The notes: generated from the letters alone by a model not told the origin. Positions 1-13,560 are shown, counted from the first letter of the stretch. The stretch is 64,000 bases of DNA from Selaginella moellendorffii (GCF_000143415.4 NW_003314308.1:972654-1036653), one strand, 5' to 3'. Numbers and translations are program-made.

Positions 1-1320
1 TGTTCATATGTCATGCAAATTTTCTATCCTCATTCATTAATTCCCATTAGATTATTTCTTGTTATGTAAATTTACTTTTTATGTCTAATGGGTCTTGGGT
101 TTTTCACCAAATAATTTTGGATATGCCATTTCTTTAGCATTTTCATCTACAAATAATCCTAATAGGTGTTGCCCTTGACCAAAACTTTATTTGTAAAATT
201 ATCTATTTGATTTGCATCTAAGAAGCTAATTACAATAGTATCTGTTGGTAATATCTCATTATCAAGGTTGTTTATAGGATTTACACTTTCATCATCTTCA
301 TTTAATTCTTGTTGTAATTTGTTTTCTGATATCATTTGTGTGTTATTATCTATATTGTCTAAATTTTATGCTTGTTGAAACCAGTTTTCATCTATATTAA
401 TTTTATTTTTCTTATATAGTTCTATTTCTTGTAATTGTTTTATACTATTATAAATATAATTGGTTTGGCTATTCCATATTTATAATAATATTTATCAGTT
501 AATCTTCATTTCAGCTGAATTGTTATTATTTGTGTTTCTTAAAATGTTCTTGGTAGTTTATTAATTATTGGTTTAATATTAGTTGGGACATTTATTATTC
601 CTCCTTTTATGCGTTGCTGATATTGAGGTTGATTTGGTATTGTTATATTTGCAAATAAAATACATAGAGCTGGCATTTTCTCTTCAATATCATTTAGTTG
701 TTCTGTATATCGATCAATTAGATTCATTCTAATTTTTTCTGGACTTTTATATTTTTCTTTATTTGTTATGCATTAATTGCATGCATATTCTTGTTTTTTA
801 TTATATTTAAACAAAAATATTTTACATATTTTATGTGGATGTATCGGTATATCCTGTATAGCTTCATTATACATTTGTAGTGCTTTCATACTTTTTGTAT
901 TGTTCATGTTATTCATTTTCTTGTTGTTCTTTCTCTTTTATTGTTTTTTTTCTTTGCGTCTAATATAATATACTCTTCTTTTAAGTTTTCATCTGATATA
1001 GTACTCTCTGTTCTTTGTCAGAAAATATTTATTTTTTCATTTGTTTGTTTTTGTGAGTTCCAAGTTTCCATAAGTATTTTGTAAAATATTTTTTAAAGTA
1101 TGTTCTTCATGTTTTTCTTTATATATATTAATAGTTTTTATTTGTTTATTTTTATTCTTTCTTGATAAATAATAGTATCTAGAAACAATTTGTTGCTGAG
1201 TTAAATCAATATTATGGTTGAATTTTAGTTCTTTTGATTTTTTATTTGTAGATCCTTGAATTGATAACAATTTTGCATCTAGAAGTTCTATCTATTCAAA
1301 TTTTCTCTTTGTCATAATTT
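1..1320 (-). mobile_element. Decayed Helitron/Helentron-type RepHel N-terminal region (zinc-finger-like plus DUF6570-like segment), running off the window start
   Basis: Minus-strand translation through stops and frameshifts gives, in order: IQDIPIHPHKICKIFLF..YACNxC; LNDIEE..QQRIKGGIINVPTNIKPIINKLPRTFxETQIITIQLKxRLTDKYYY; ELYKKNKINIDENW; GQGQHLLGLFVDENAKEMAYPKLFG; WELMNEDRKFA. This is the motif order found upstream of the Rep domain in Helitron transposases. Confidence 0.75.
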
Positions 1321-3029
1321 TGCCCTTTATACTTAAATGCCCTTATTCCCCTTGATGTCCTTACACCCACAAGATAGCTAGGTGCATAGTTTTTTTTATG
1401 ATTGTTTAGCTGATCAAGATTGTTTAAAGAGATTCAACAATCGAACTGAATGGACTATTTTTAGCCTACTTTCAACAACTATTAATTCTCTATCTTTCAA
1501 TCAACAGCTTTGTGAAGGCTGATAATTGATAATCTAGACCAGTAGAAACAATCAAAGACCTTTTACTTCTCAATGCTATTCCGTTGAAAGCCATTTATGC
1601 CCTAAAACTATATTAAGTCTTTATTTAAATGGGCCTAAAATGGGTTTATGAGAAAAACACCAGACTTGCACATTCTTAGGTAATTGACTACCTACTCGAT
1701 TGTATTGTTTCTAGATCTCTTTCTTTTGGGTTTAATGCCACTACCTTGCATGGATTCTTGGGTCTTGCCGCTTGAGCAGCCGAATAGATCATGCAATAGG
1801 AGATTTCCGAGGGATACCTTCAAAAAGAGGGCCAATGCTTTGCAAATTCTCAAAATTCCTCAGCAAAATCAGCCAAGAAAGAAAGAACTTCATCAAAACA
1901 AGGTGACATTTTGTTTTTGTAAGTCTTTCAGGAATGGTCTTCATCTTCTTTATGCTACACCAGATTGAAGGACTGAACAGGGTGCTAGACGTGGTTAGAA
2001 AAGAGATTGATTGAAGAGAGATCTAGCACAAGGTGTGTGATCATCCCTCCTTTTTTTTTTCTTTCTTCCTTTTGTTTTTCCTTTTCATTCACATAAGCTC
2101 CCACAGAATAAGAAGCTCTAGAGTAACATCATGGCCTTGTTAGTTTTTGCAGTTGGTTTCTCAGGTTTGGATTTAGTACTTTGCCATTGGAAACGTAGAG
2201 TCTTTGCAAGTTCAAAAATTATACCAAAGGATACAAATGTAGGGATGGTGTCGTCCCGAATCCTATGAGACAACAGCTCTTCCAGTGCCTTAAACTTCTA
2301 CTTCTGCCCAAGAGAGAAGATTTTCATTATTACAAATCCGTAGTGAGAGCATCTTCAGACTCTACTGATAGTGGCAGCCTTGGACAAGGTAGCCAAGTTC
2401 AAAGAAAGTTGTTTAAAATGTCGAGCGAGATATCTACGACCAGGCAGGATGATTCCACAAACAAGTAATATTGTTCTCGCCATGGAGATTGGTATCTAGC
2501 ATGATGTTTTCAATTTACAGGGTTGGCTGTGGAAAACCCCTTGCACGTCCAATGACAAGTCCCTGAAAAGTTGATGGACTCAAAGATGGTTTGAAGTAGT
2601 TTATAACTTTCTTTCTCGTTAGGACATTTTTTTTATATACCTTGATGCAGGTTCTACTTTAAAGGATTTCTTTTGAGCTACTACAGGGTGAAGGAGAGCT
2701 CAACATCGTCAAAGATGGATATCCAAGGCCAAGAACCAAAGTGAACCTTTGATGTATGTATGTCTTCCCGTTTAACTTTCTTCTAAGCTACTTTGTTTTT
2801 CTTTTGTAAGCTATCCAGTAGGATCCAGTAGGAGCACGGTCATTTAGAAGCAAGAGCCTTAGTTTAGAGAACTACAAGTTCCGTGACAAAGAGATGTCAA
2901 AGATACAAGGACTTTTAGTGACCATGTCAATGTCTCTGAAGGTCACCCTTGAAAGACTTGACTTTAGCGTAAGTATAAAGTACTTGCAATGTGAAGTGCC
3001 ATCGCTATTAGCATTTTGTTGATGCTACA

Positions 3030-3250
3030 GGATAATATGATTTGAGTAAAAAGGTGCATATGATGAAGTTCTACCGCTAATGGTATGCTTTCTAGATTTT
3101 GTCTACTAGACAGCTTCTTCACACTTTCAAATTCGAGTCCTGGCTCAAATTTTTGATTGCTATAGTGATTTTGACTGTGGCTTTTCCAACCCTTTTGTCA
3201 AGAGCACTACAAGAGCATACATGGCTTCAAGCATCTAGTTCAAACAAATC
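3030..3250 (+). pseudogene. Possible Ulp1/C48 peptidase-like remnant within transposon debris
   Basis: Exon-like pieces read YDLSKK and QIFDCYSDFDCGF, resembling the yDS and Q..DCG motifs of C48 proteases. Very degenerate. Confidence 0.25.
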
Positions 3251-3679
3251 AACAACAAAGATGAAATTTAGAATTGCTTGTGGCGCAAGCTTTTTCACGT
3301 TCATTTTCTTGCACATTTATTGCAAGATAGGGTTTAGCATCTAGTACAGAAAGCAATACACCACATTCTGCACCCAGCTTCTCTGAAGTCCTTAAGGAAC
3401 TCTCTATCCGGATGCACAATGATCATTTTCTAGGATTCTGGTGTTAGGCATACAATGTTAACATGGTAGATTACCTGAGAGGGGCTTTCAGAGGCAGCTT
3501 GTGTTGCCATGGGATTGCTAGTTTGTGTGCTTTGAATTCTAGAAATTGTTAAGAGAAGCATTGCAAGATTTCACGAATAGATATTTGTATTATAGAGAAA
3601 ACAATTGAAAAATAAACGAGACAATTGTATCTATTTCTGGTTGTTGGCAATTTCCATGGCTGAATTGTTTGGTGTCTCA

Positions 3680-5111
3680 AAATGGACTAATATTTGCCTC
3701 ATTCAATAGAAAGAACCTTGTTGGTTTTGAAGACAGATAAACGGCAACCTTTTTTGGGGACTCCATAGCAAACTTGACCATAGACCCTTCATCCAAATTA
3801 TAAATTCTATCCACCATTTTATCATGCACTGTAACTATATTCTATCATGTCATTTGATATAATAGAACCAATTATTGTAGCTGATTTATGAGGGATGGAA
3901 TGCCCTTTACACTTTGCGCAAACAACAAAACCACCTTCTCTTTGCTCTAACATTGTGAAAGAGCAAAATGAGGAAAGGCTTTTAGCTTGAGTGAGGTTTT
4001 GTTGGTTGTCAGGGATGAAATATCCACTAATCTGTATAATTGGAAGTTAGAGTTGAAAGTAGATGTAAACAGTTTACATTACCTTGTCTTTAGAAGTGAG
4101 GCCACAGTGTGATTTATAAACTTCATTGAGCCTCTGAATTTCGATTGAATCAACTAGTGGCAAAAATAAAGTACTTCCAAGTGTTGCTAAATCACCTAAT
4201 ACACTCATGCTTTTCATAATATTAAAAAATAAAAACTTTGGCATATATCCAGCATATAAATCTGCTACAATATGATGATATTGCTCTTCATGCTCCAGAT
4301 GCATATAGAGTTGTGAAAATATCTTAGAAATAGAAAATTAAATAGGAAAAAACATTACCATAGTTACGTCCAAAGGATTATCAGAAGAAGCAATCTTTAT
4401 TTTAGGAAAAACACCAATGTTGATTACAACAGCATGTATAGCTTGTGTAGCCATTAAAGATGATATAGAAGCTCCTCTAGTTGGCTATAATCTTAATTTA
4501 ACATCAAAATCATCTTTAATTTGAATGATAGAAGAATCTATAATATAAAGAACTTTTTCTAAAGTTCCATGGTGGTAAACTGGGTTTTTCTGTAGTTCAA
4601 CCCATCTAAAGTGAGAGAATTATAATCTTGTTAATTTTTTTTAAAATAAATTACAAACCTTGTAAGTGAGAAACATTTACCAACCATAAATTTATTTTAT
4701 AATCATGCACACATGGATGAATTGCCATATATAGTTAAAGTTTGCAAGCCATGCATATCTGTACAATCCATTATATAAGTTAAGTATTTTGCACTTTGCA
4801 GAGTGTTCTTTGCAGGCAAAAACCAAATCAAAACTACAGAAAAAAATAATTTTAAAACCATATATAAATAAAATCTTTAGCTCAAGAATTTTGGTTGAAT
4901 TTGCTTTTTCAAAGACAAGTGATGCAATAGTGGCTTTTAGGATGGTCAACTTTGTCCTCTTTGCTTGTGAAACTACAAAACCAAAAAGAAATAAATCAAG
5001 AAATACTAAGGAATAAAGAGAAACCAAACCTTCATAAGAATCTGTTTCTGTAGACAAATCCTCAGCAGGTGACGATTGAACAATATCCATAGCACAATCC
5101 AAATCTGACAT
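3680..5111 (-). pseudogene. RPA70-like OB-fold ssDNA-binding gene remnant, probably Helitron-borne
   Basis: Spliced-looking pieces FDLVFACKE.., HAVVINIGVFPKIKIASSDNPLDVT and a C-terminal CSFTMLEQREGGFVVCAKCKGH..IVTVHDKMVDRIYNL resemble the RPA70 zinc ribbon and OB fold. Same strand as the RepHel remnant; plant Helitrons often carry RPA70-like genes. Confidence 0.45.
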
Positions 5112-5737
5112 ATCTATGTGATTGATTAAACAGAATTACCCCTAGTTAATTTATACTAGTAAAAATATCCAAAAATAAACTAGACTTCACTTTGAAGAAT
5201 CGAAAACAAAAAAGAATAAAAATTTGAGCTAAAGATTAAAATCTGTAACTTGCCAAACTTAGGGTTATGGTAGACAATAAACCAATTCCACAGGTGACAA
5301 ACCTTCTGAACCTTTTCAACCTTTTCATGCACTGACTCTCCTCATTTATAAACATCCTTGCCAGATACTTCTCATCATCGTCCAAGCTGAAGCTAGAAGC
5401 AGCCTGATTCTACTCCTTAGCTGCTACAATCTCCCTCCATCCATCGCTTTAGAAAAGAGGAATGAATAGGAATAGAAAGATTGTCCTCCACTGATCTTTG
5501 TTTTCTACCCACTGCCCACTCACATAATAGGGAGCCATACAGAGGAAGATCTAAGCTCCATCCATAGATGCATTCCAGGTTGATTGATTGATTCTGGGCA
5601 ATCAATCAGTACTGCCATAGTGGGTTTCTGATCCTGGATCGTGGCTCTCAGCTCAAACCTCCAGGGAGAGCCAATTCTCAATCAATTCACTAGTCCAAAT
5701 ATGATTTTTCTTGATGCTTTCCAGAGACAAGAGCAAT

Positions 5738-5960
5738 CCATTGGAGCCAGTGGACAATGCAGTGGCCGGGAACGACGATAGCATTGTGATTGATCTCGAG
5801 GGGGCACTACTCAAATTCCTGAGCTGGTTTCAATACTTCATGCTTGTCACAATTGAGGCTGGGAGGCCTCTATGAGCGCTCCTCTTTTTCATTCTTCCCT
5901 TCACGTGGATCATTGGCCACTTCGTCCATCCAGTCTTGGCTCCAGATTCTCTGCTTCATG
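5738..5960 (+). pseudogene. GPAT: Fragment of a plant sn-2 glycerol-3-phosphate acyltransferase (N-terminal HAD-like domain)
   Basis: Frame from 5738 reads PLEPVDNAVAGNDDSIVIDLEGALLKFLSWFQYFMLVTIEAGRPL*ALLFFILPFTWII, matching the DxDGTLL..FPYFMLVAxEAG..LRAL motif. A TGA replaces the conserved Arg. Confidence 0.75.
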
Positions 5961-7459
5961 GCAGAGCCCTTGGCAGTGGAACTTTGAGAGCTCCCTTGCA
6001 ATTGCCATTCTGGACATAGAGCCCAACCAATACACTGTACTTTGCATAGTTTCTTTGGCTCATGCTCCAAAAACCACATATGCTCATGATGATACAAAGT
6101 GGTTAGAAAAGTTTATAAATTATATGTTAGCAGCGGAGAGACGGGAGGAAGAACTGTATCTATATATAACTGTATATGATTGTGTACATATACATAAAGC
6201 TACTGCCACGTGGGCATAACTACTGCCACATCATCTCTACCTCTAACATTATAAACATGTAAAAAATGGAAAAAGAAACCAATTATTATTAAGGAGATAT
6301 AGTACTCACTTACGACAAAGTTAGCCTCCTTGACAGCCTCGAGGGAGATGGCACAGGCTCCTCTGGAGGCAGCAGCCATTGCCAAAGGGTACTACTGTCG
6401 ACTTCCCAGCAAAGCTTTTCTGCTCGAGAGCATCCCGAGATGCAAATCTGACTATCCTCTGGTGAGGCTCAAGGGGGACGTCCAGGGGCACTACACTGGA
6501 TCACGCGTGGTATGGCTTCAAGAAACGGGAAACTTTCCTGGACTTTGCTGGAGCTGCTCATAAGCATCAGGACGGGGTCGGGCGGCCAGAAGCTTCTCCA
6601 CTTGAAGGAGTTGGAAGATAACAAGATCAAGGGCAAGGACAACATCAAGAACACGTGCTTCTGTTCTTGACGAGGAAGAGGAGCTTGACGAGGTTGCGAT
6701 GACTCTGGAACCAGAGGAAGAAAAGAAGAAGCAAGAAAAGGCAACGGTGGATGTGAAGAAGTGGAAGAAAGCTACCACGGCTAGCATCCAGGCAACATGG
6801 AAAGCCCAGGCTCCCGCAAGCAATGCCAAGGCGCAAGGAGTGAACAAGAGTAGCAGCAGTGGCAAGCTCAAGATGGGGGGTGGAAAGCTAAGCGAGCTCA
6901 TTAGAAAAGTAATGAGATAGCATTGACTGATAGTAGTCAGCGTTAGTCCACCCTACTAACGAAAATTCGCAGCTCAAGTCACACCATGATAATCAATCAA
7001 TCCATCAGCGAGGCTACTCTCAGCCACATTGTCCGTGAAACAGAGCCTCATTCTAATGAATTCATTGATGTGCTTAAAGAATTAGTGACTACCGTTGACT
7101 GCTATGACTACTATTATCTACTACTTCCGATAAGAAATGTTATTGAAAGTTTATATTTTTAAAAACAGGAAATTAAATGTCCAAAGTGTTTGTTTGCCCC
7201 AATTCAATATCTCTCTGTTGTCTTAATGAAAAGTTGTTGTCTTGTTGCCTTGTTTGAGACTTGCAAATCATAATCTCCTAATTCAAATGCCTCCAGACTT
7301 CTCCATCGGTTATAATTTCGATTGAATACCACGGACCTGCCTTTGCCTGTTGCGGTTTAAAAAAACCGAAGTAATTTGTTTCATGAATCTTCATTCTGTG
7401 CCTGCAACCTCAAGCGTATCATCAGTCCAAAACGACCGAAAAGCGTACCTCCTTTCGCT

Positions 7460-9541
7460 CTAAGCTCCGTCGAGCTCAAGCTTAACCTCCAAGGTGGAAG
7501 GCTAGTCCAAGCAGAAGTTATACTTTAACTCGAGGCATGGAGACTGTTTACCTTGGCATCTGAGTCGTGTACACGAGCAGCCAAATGCGAACCTCCAGAA
7601 TTGGCCGAGTGATTTGCCTCAACCACGGGCTTCTCCAGATTCTCCACCTCACGGATCCTAAAAGTGCTCCATTAGTCACTTGTTCTATCTCTCAAGCATG
7701 AAGACTTACCTGTGGGAGTGCTTGTTGCCGGGCCTCCTCATCCCAAACCCGGTGATCCTTTGCATGTGCTTCTCCATCTCAGCTCGCTTCTCCGCTGCTG
7801 CCGCAAGCCGAACAACGAAAGCATCTCCAGGATCGAACACAGTGCCACGATGAGACACTGGATCCAAAGCCTGTTCCTGGGCTCTTCGATCATTGCCGCT
7901 CCGACGAGCAGCACTCGACAAGAATGGATCCTCCGGGAGAGAAGCTCTTGGCACCTTCTTGTGCTCGTTGACTCCGTGGATCGCTGCTGGTGGATCTCGT
8001 CCCAATGGCGGCGTCAGGCGGTCGTCAACCGAATCGGTAGCAGCACCATAGATTGGATTCATCTTGAGAAAAGCCGAAGGTGGCAGCCGCCTTGGAGGCC
8101 TCGCGAGTGGAGGACTGGCCACCTTTGTGCTGGGATTTAGCTGCGACGGTCGAAGGTGCTGCTTGCTCCTCTCTTGAACGAAGGAATTGAGCTTGTCCCG
8201 GAGCTCTGCGTCCTCAATCTTGCTCAAGGGAACGAGATACTCTCGCTGACTGCCGCTGCTGCTGCTGCCACCGCCAGGAAGATGGCTGCTCCCGACGTAG
8301 CGCACCAGGATGTCGTTCGCCTTCTTTCTTCTTCCCTTCACGAGTATCCAGATGCCGGTGATGATGGCCACCATAGCAAGCAGGAAAAGGACGATGCCTG
8401 CCACAAGCAGCCCCGGTGTTGCAAACGCTGCCGCTGCTGCTGCTGCTGTTGATGATGACGACCCCAGAGGCGGAGCAATAGACAAGGGGCCAGGCGGAGG
8501 CGGCGATGAAAACGTGTGAAAGACAGGCGACCCTGGTTGCCATGTTATCGTGTCATGAGCGGGCCTTGGCCACCAAGTGGTTGTCCCAGAAGAAGGTGGC
8601 GGCCCTGTATGCTCCTTTGCTGGTGGAGGTGGCGGCGGCCCAAACCTCCTTGGTCGCCAAGTGGTTGTCCCGGAAGAAGGTGGCGGCCCTGTATGCTGCT
8701 TTGCTGGTGGAGGTGGGTGCTGCTTTGCTCCTCCTCCGTGGCTGTGCTGCTTTGCTGCTCCGTGGCTTGCTGGTGGCGGTGGCGGACTGTGCTGGTGCTG
8801 CTTTGCTGCTCCGTGGCTTGCTGGTGGAGGTGGCGGACTGTGCTGGTGCTGCTTTGCTGCTCCATGGCTTGTTGGTGGCGGACTGTGCTGGTGCTGCTTT
8901 GCTGCTCCGTGGCTTGCTGGTGGAGGTGGCGGACTGTGCTGGTGCTGCTTTGCTGCTCCATGGCTTGTTGGTGGCGGACTGTGCTGGTGCTGCTTTGCTG
9001 CTCCGTGGCTTGCTGGTGGAGGTGGCGGACTGTGCTGGTGCTTCTTTGCTGCTCCGTGGCTTGCTGGTGGAGGTGGCGGACTGTGCTGGTGCTTCTTTGC
9101 TGCTCCGTGGCTTGCTGGTGGAGGTGGCGGACTGTGCTGGTGCTTCTTTGCTGCTCCGTGGCTTGTTGGTGGCGGACTGTGCTGGTGCTTCTTTGCTGCT
9201 CCATGGCTTATTGGTGGAGGTGGTGGTGCTCCATGGCTGTCCTGCTTTGGAGGTGGTGCTCCTCCATGGCTGTGCTGCTTTGCTGCTCCATGGTGTTGCT
9301 CTGCTGGTGCTGGTGGAGGTGCCTGACTGTGGGCGCTGCTGTGAGGTGGCGGAGCTCCTCTGGCCCTCCTTGGCGATGGTTTGGGGTTCGGCATGCTACC
9401 TGGAGGTGGCACTCTCGTTTTGGGCGGTGTCGCGCTCCTGTGCCCTGGACGAGGCGGATGCACGCTCCTGTGCGCAGCTGGAGGCGGCGCCCGACGAGGC
9501 GGAGACGACGGCGGCACACTCCGACGGATGATGCTAGCCAT
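7460..9541 (-). CDS. His/Pro-rich extensin-like single-pass membrane protein (no kinase or FH2 domain)
   Basis: 611-codon ORF with (HGAAKxHQHSPPP[PPA/T]S)n repeats, a hydrophobic span LLVAGIVLFLLAMVAIITGIWILV followed by KGRRKK, and a cytoplasmic tail. A GTAAGT donor near 7708 and two small downstream exons lead to a stop at 7460. Confidence 0.7.
8740..9300. repeat. Coding minisatellite with 45/51-bp units encoding HGAAK(K/Q)HQHSPPP..S
   Basis: About ten tandem units of ggcggactgtgctggtgct(g/t)ctttgctgctcc(g/a)tggcttg are visible; the array is contracted to about three in copy 2. Confidence 0.9.
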
Positions 9542-10069
9542 ATTTCTTGCTTACCGGATTCGCTTCCGAGAAACCTTTTTTTTAGGTCATGAAGGTTTAG
9601 TGCATATAAATGATTCTCGTACGGACGCATTATCTGCAGCGCTTTAAAGTTATGATGTCCAGTTTTTGCGATCATGATGGAAGCAATATCACTGTTCGGA
9701 ATCTCTTTCTTTCATTAGCACATAATGCTCATTTGGTTCTTCCCCCAAAAAAACCGGAGCTCGTTGATAAACTCTCAGGCTCAATTCTAGGAGGAAGAGC
9801 AAAGATGAGAATGGTCGTTCACCACGATGCAATGCTCCGTGCGTAAGAATTTGATCAAAATCTCCACTCTGGAAGCTCATGTTCTTTGAAAATTCTTTTC
9901 ATTGCGTTTTAGGCATCAAAGATCGTGTATTGTGACCTTATCGACACACACAAAAGACATAGCAATGGTTTTTATAGTTGAATTTGCTTTGATGGTGATT
10001 CTCAGAATCACTCTTCAATGGGCACATGGATCAGGTATGCCTGGGGTTGATGTTTACTATTTGATCATA

Positions 10070-10480
10070 GTAAATAACAACTTAAATTACCACTATATTT
10101 ATAGCTTCATTTTTGGACTTAAAATTTAGTCGTACTACATATTTTTTTGTTTATAACTATTATAATTGACTTAAAATTTAGTCACAATTAACTACTAAAC
10201 ATAACGACTATATTTTTTGTTTTATAACCATTATAAATGACTTAAAATTTAATCATAAATTGGAACTGCAAATGTCAACTTAAGAAATTTTCTAATTCTG
10301 ACTTTAAAGCTAGTAAGAAATAATGACTACTACAAATAACTGCATACTTTAACTTAAATTTATAAAACTATTGTGCTTTAAATTGTAGTTACAATATCAA
10401 TGAAAAGCTTAATGACAAAAACTTAAGTTGTATAGCAAATTAATGCAATAACTTAAAACTAAGTCGGGCTCGTGTAGTAA
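10070..10480. repeat. AT-rich element with reiterated short motif gacttaaaatttagtc (CACTA-like subterminal repeats?)
   Basis: The motif recurs near 10117, 10168 and 10239, with variants up to ~10466. The tract ends in gtgtagta, a near-match to a TAGTG terminus. No convincing partner TIR. Confidence 0.3.
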
Positions 10481-10499
10481 TGGACAATCTTGTTTGTGT

Positions 10500-13400
10500 C
10501 AGGCACATTCTACAACAATGAGCCAACTGCCTGATTGGGGGAGGATGATGCTAGTTCGAAAGGAGTACCCCCAGTCAGGATCAAGATCACCCAGTAGGAG
10601 CTTGATGCTTCATATTGGATTGTTGTCAATGTCCAGCACTGGCTGCTGAGCCCAGGTAAGCTTGATGTTACTGGGAACTCATACTCAATTGGGAGTGTCC
10701 AGCCCTGGCCATTGAGCTTGTGACACATAATCAATGCCAAAATTCTTCCACACATACGCGATCCTGCCATAGACACCTTGCTTGATGTTTGTGGAGAAGA
10801 TGTTGTAGACGTGGAAGAAGGCCTTGGCGAGGGACTTGGAATCCATGGCCTGCTTAACGTCTGGGGTGACATAGCACAACCCATCATCAGCTGAGAGGAA
10901 GCTAAAGAACCATAGCCAAACACTCACCTAGAACTTGGGGACAGCCATGAATGAGGATATGACGCTCCTTCCTGAGTGGTAGGATGATTTTCAAAGTAAA
11001 GGAAACACTTTACTGACAAGCACAAATTCTCACATCATGATGAAACAAGAAGAGCTCAATCAATGACCTATGATAACAAGATCGCTGGAACAAGAAGTTA
11101 GTATGTATATTCCAAAATACCCGATCCTTGTGATGGCCAAAAGTGTCATAATAAAAATTTAGAAGACCTTGAATGAGCAAATATATGCAGCTTTTGTTGG
11201 ATTTGATGGGGACACATTTAGCATGAGAAAAGTGAAGAATATTTAGAGCTAAATCATCGTCAATGCTCCACATATAACAATACTAATGATAAAACAAAAT
11301 GACAAACTCATATAGTTGGCAAAAACAAGGAGCAGTGAAAGAAGCACTCCTTTTTTTGGCACTTGCAATGTTTTTCTAGAAAGAACAATAGAACTCCTTG
11401 CAAGGTAATCAGACTATATTCAGAAAGTAATAAACTCCAAAACACCACAAACTTGTAAGTGAGTACTCTTTTCTTGATCAATAGTACACAAAATTCTCCT
11501 ATAGCTTGTTTGTTCATACTCTAGGAAAGCTACCTACATTAACATAGCTAAAGAGAGAAGTACCCAAGCAAAATACTCATTGCAAGGCCCTAGTCATTGT
11601 ACACTTTCTTCACCTCCTTGATACAGGCATTGTCTTTTTTGCCATAATTGCTCTTTAGTCTTGCTTTCTAGCTAGCATCTACTAGTTCAATAGCTCTTGG
11701 ATATTTGTTCCAACCTGGACTATTCAATGAGCTTGACATGAAGGACAAAACAGCAAGGAACCAACCTTGCCAATAATGTTAGGATGTTTATAGCAATCTA
11801 AGAAATCATTTTGCAGGGGCCAATTCCATCAACAACCAAAGGTAATGAACCACAAGGACCTGAATTTAAAAATAGGTTCCCATTTGTAGTAGTATTTGCT
11901 TCACAGATTCAAACTTGGAGTTGTCACTCTTGTCTGACATATACAAAGCACAAGCAACATGTATTCTCATATGACTTCAATGACTTGGTTTATAATGTAA
12001 CTCTTGCTTGCCGGAAGATAGAAAGAATAAAACACTGTCTTGAACTTCACAATCCTGAGATAGTTGCATAGACAAACATTATGGATATTTATGGAATCGA
12101 ATAAAACTTACATTTCCATCATGTATTTGGACAAATCAAAGTAGTACCACTGACCAACTTCCTCAAAATCCTAGGTACATGGTTTGTAAGCAATAATGCA
12201 TTATTCACAGCAATGATACCCACCTAATCACAAAGGAAGACTGTATCACAGCTCATCAATAAAATTCACGTATTGTTGTGTGAATCATCCATTATATTAT
12301 CCATTATTAAGAAGTAAGTTTGCAACTATACATAGAAAAGCAAAAGGCAGAAACCAAAACTATTTAGAAATTCTTTACTAATTGATGCAAGAATTTACCC
12401 ATTCAATACACCATCCAGGAGCAAACACTTGTTTGATTTCATCTCGGGAGAGCTCATCTTTGGGCTTGAGTAACACCAAATTGTTAATCATTGAGAGACC
12501 TTGATTTAACTTTCTAAATATTTCTATAATTTTGTCCACTTCTAAAAGAAAAACACACTTCTAAGAGCTTTAAAAACTACTTTTTGTTATTTGTAAAATA
12601 AGATTGGCATTATTAATCTATATATGTCAAACTATTTACTGTTGCAGTAAGAAAAGAACTCATAATGAGTATCATTTTTTAGAATAGTATGGTAGTTTCT
12701 CCCTCCTTAGGTTCTAGAAAGGATATTGAAAATATAGTAAACATGAATTGCAATGTGATTCACTCCAAGCCTACATAAAGAACAATTAAATGGTTATAAA
12801 TACTATGAAAAGAATACCATTTCATTAGTTTCCTCTGTCTTCATCTAGCAAAAGATGTTGAGAGTTAATAAGTGAAAAATATTATGAAAAATTAAATCAC
12901 TTACACTAGGGAGTGGGTTATTCATTAGCTCATCTTTGTCTTGAATAGCCCTTATGCAACACTTATGCCAATACATCTCCTAAAATGTCTAGTTTTTGAG
13001 AAATAAAATAAAATTTAAATACCTTTTTTTAGTGTCAAGGACATGAAATGCCATCCTAAAAAGAATCAACATTGTAAATAAATAGAACCAATTTATGGTT
13101 GCTTAATCAGCTTGGTAAGACTTCCAATTGTTGCTAATGCATAGGTAAAGTTGGTAGGAAATCCTGAAAATGCTTTGAGTACTTTTTGCCCCTCGAAGTT
13201 TGTGTTGCATTTCTTGGTTATCACTCAACTTAGTGTGCTTTATTGGCAAGTGGATTCTACAACTATGAGCAACTAGTGCTATTGTATTTGTAGAGTGTTT
13301 TTATTGCCTATGAGCCCACTTTTTGCCGCATACTTGCTCCTCCTTTGGCTTTTCCGCTTCTTCGAGATTTTTTAATGTTTGGATTGCATCCTCTATTCTT

Positions 13401-13560
13401 GTTTTGAAGCTCTAAAATGTCCCACTCTCAATCTTCTTGAGGAAGTCTAATAACACTCTAACCACACAAACACTTGTAATGTAATTGTGCAATCCCCCAA
13501 CATAGCCCTTTCAATCTCATTAGGGTTGGAGAAAACATTTATAGCCATCTTTATACAGTT
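10500..13560 (-). mobile_element. Highly decayed DNA transposon coding region (MULE-like zinc domain plus Ulp1-like peptidase remnants)
   Basis: Minus strand gives LHYKCLCG..KKSRRSGKAKGGASMRQKVG..IKTLYKY (FAR1/MULE-like), then ELSRDEIKQVFAPGWCIEW, GYHC, WYYFDLSK and QLSQDCEV in the W-H-D-Q/DCG order of C48 peptidases. Many stops. Confidence 0.35.

Larger units (their letters stand above)
6290..9919. repeat. Segmental duplication copy 1 (paired with 14687-17968)
   Basis: Sequence from taaggagatatagtactcactt to attgcgttttaggc recurs almost verbatim at 14687-17968, apart from two inverted sub-blocks and repeat contraction. Confidence 0.95.

Noticed and set aside
6330-6920. Coding-like GC-rich segment duplicated at 14730-15310
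   Set aside because: It is frameshifted in both copies and I cannot assign a family; left as an unidentified remnant.
8740-9300. CRISPR-like regular repeat array
   Set aside because: Units are contiguous without unique spacers, encode protein, and sit in a eukaryotic context with no cas genes.
8506-9592. Long + strand ORFs (Leu/Ala-rich, Cys/Trp-rich, Gly/Cys-rich)
   Set aside because: They are shadow frames of the stop-free GC-rich minisatellite; only the minus-strand frame has a coherent domain layout.
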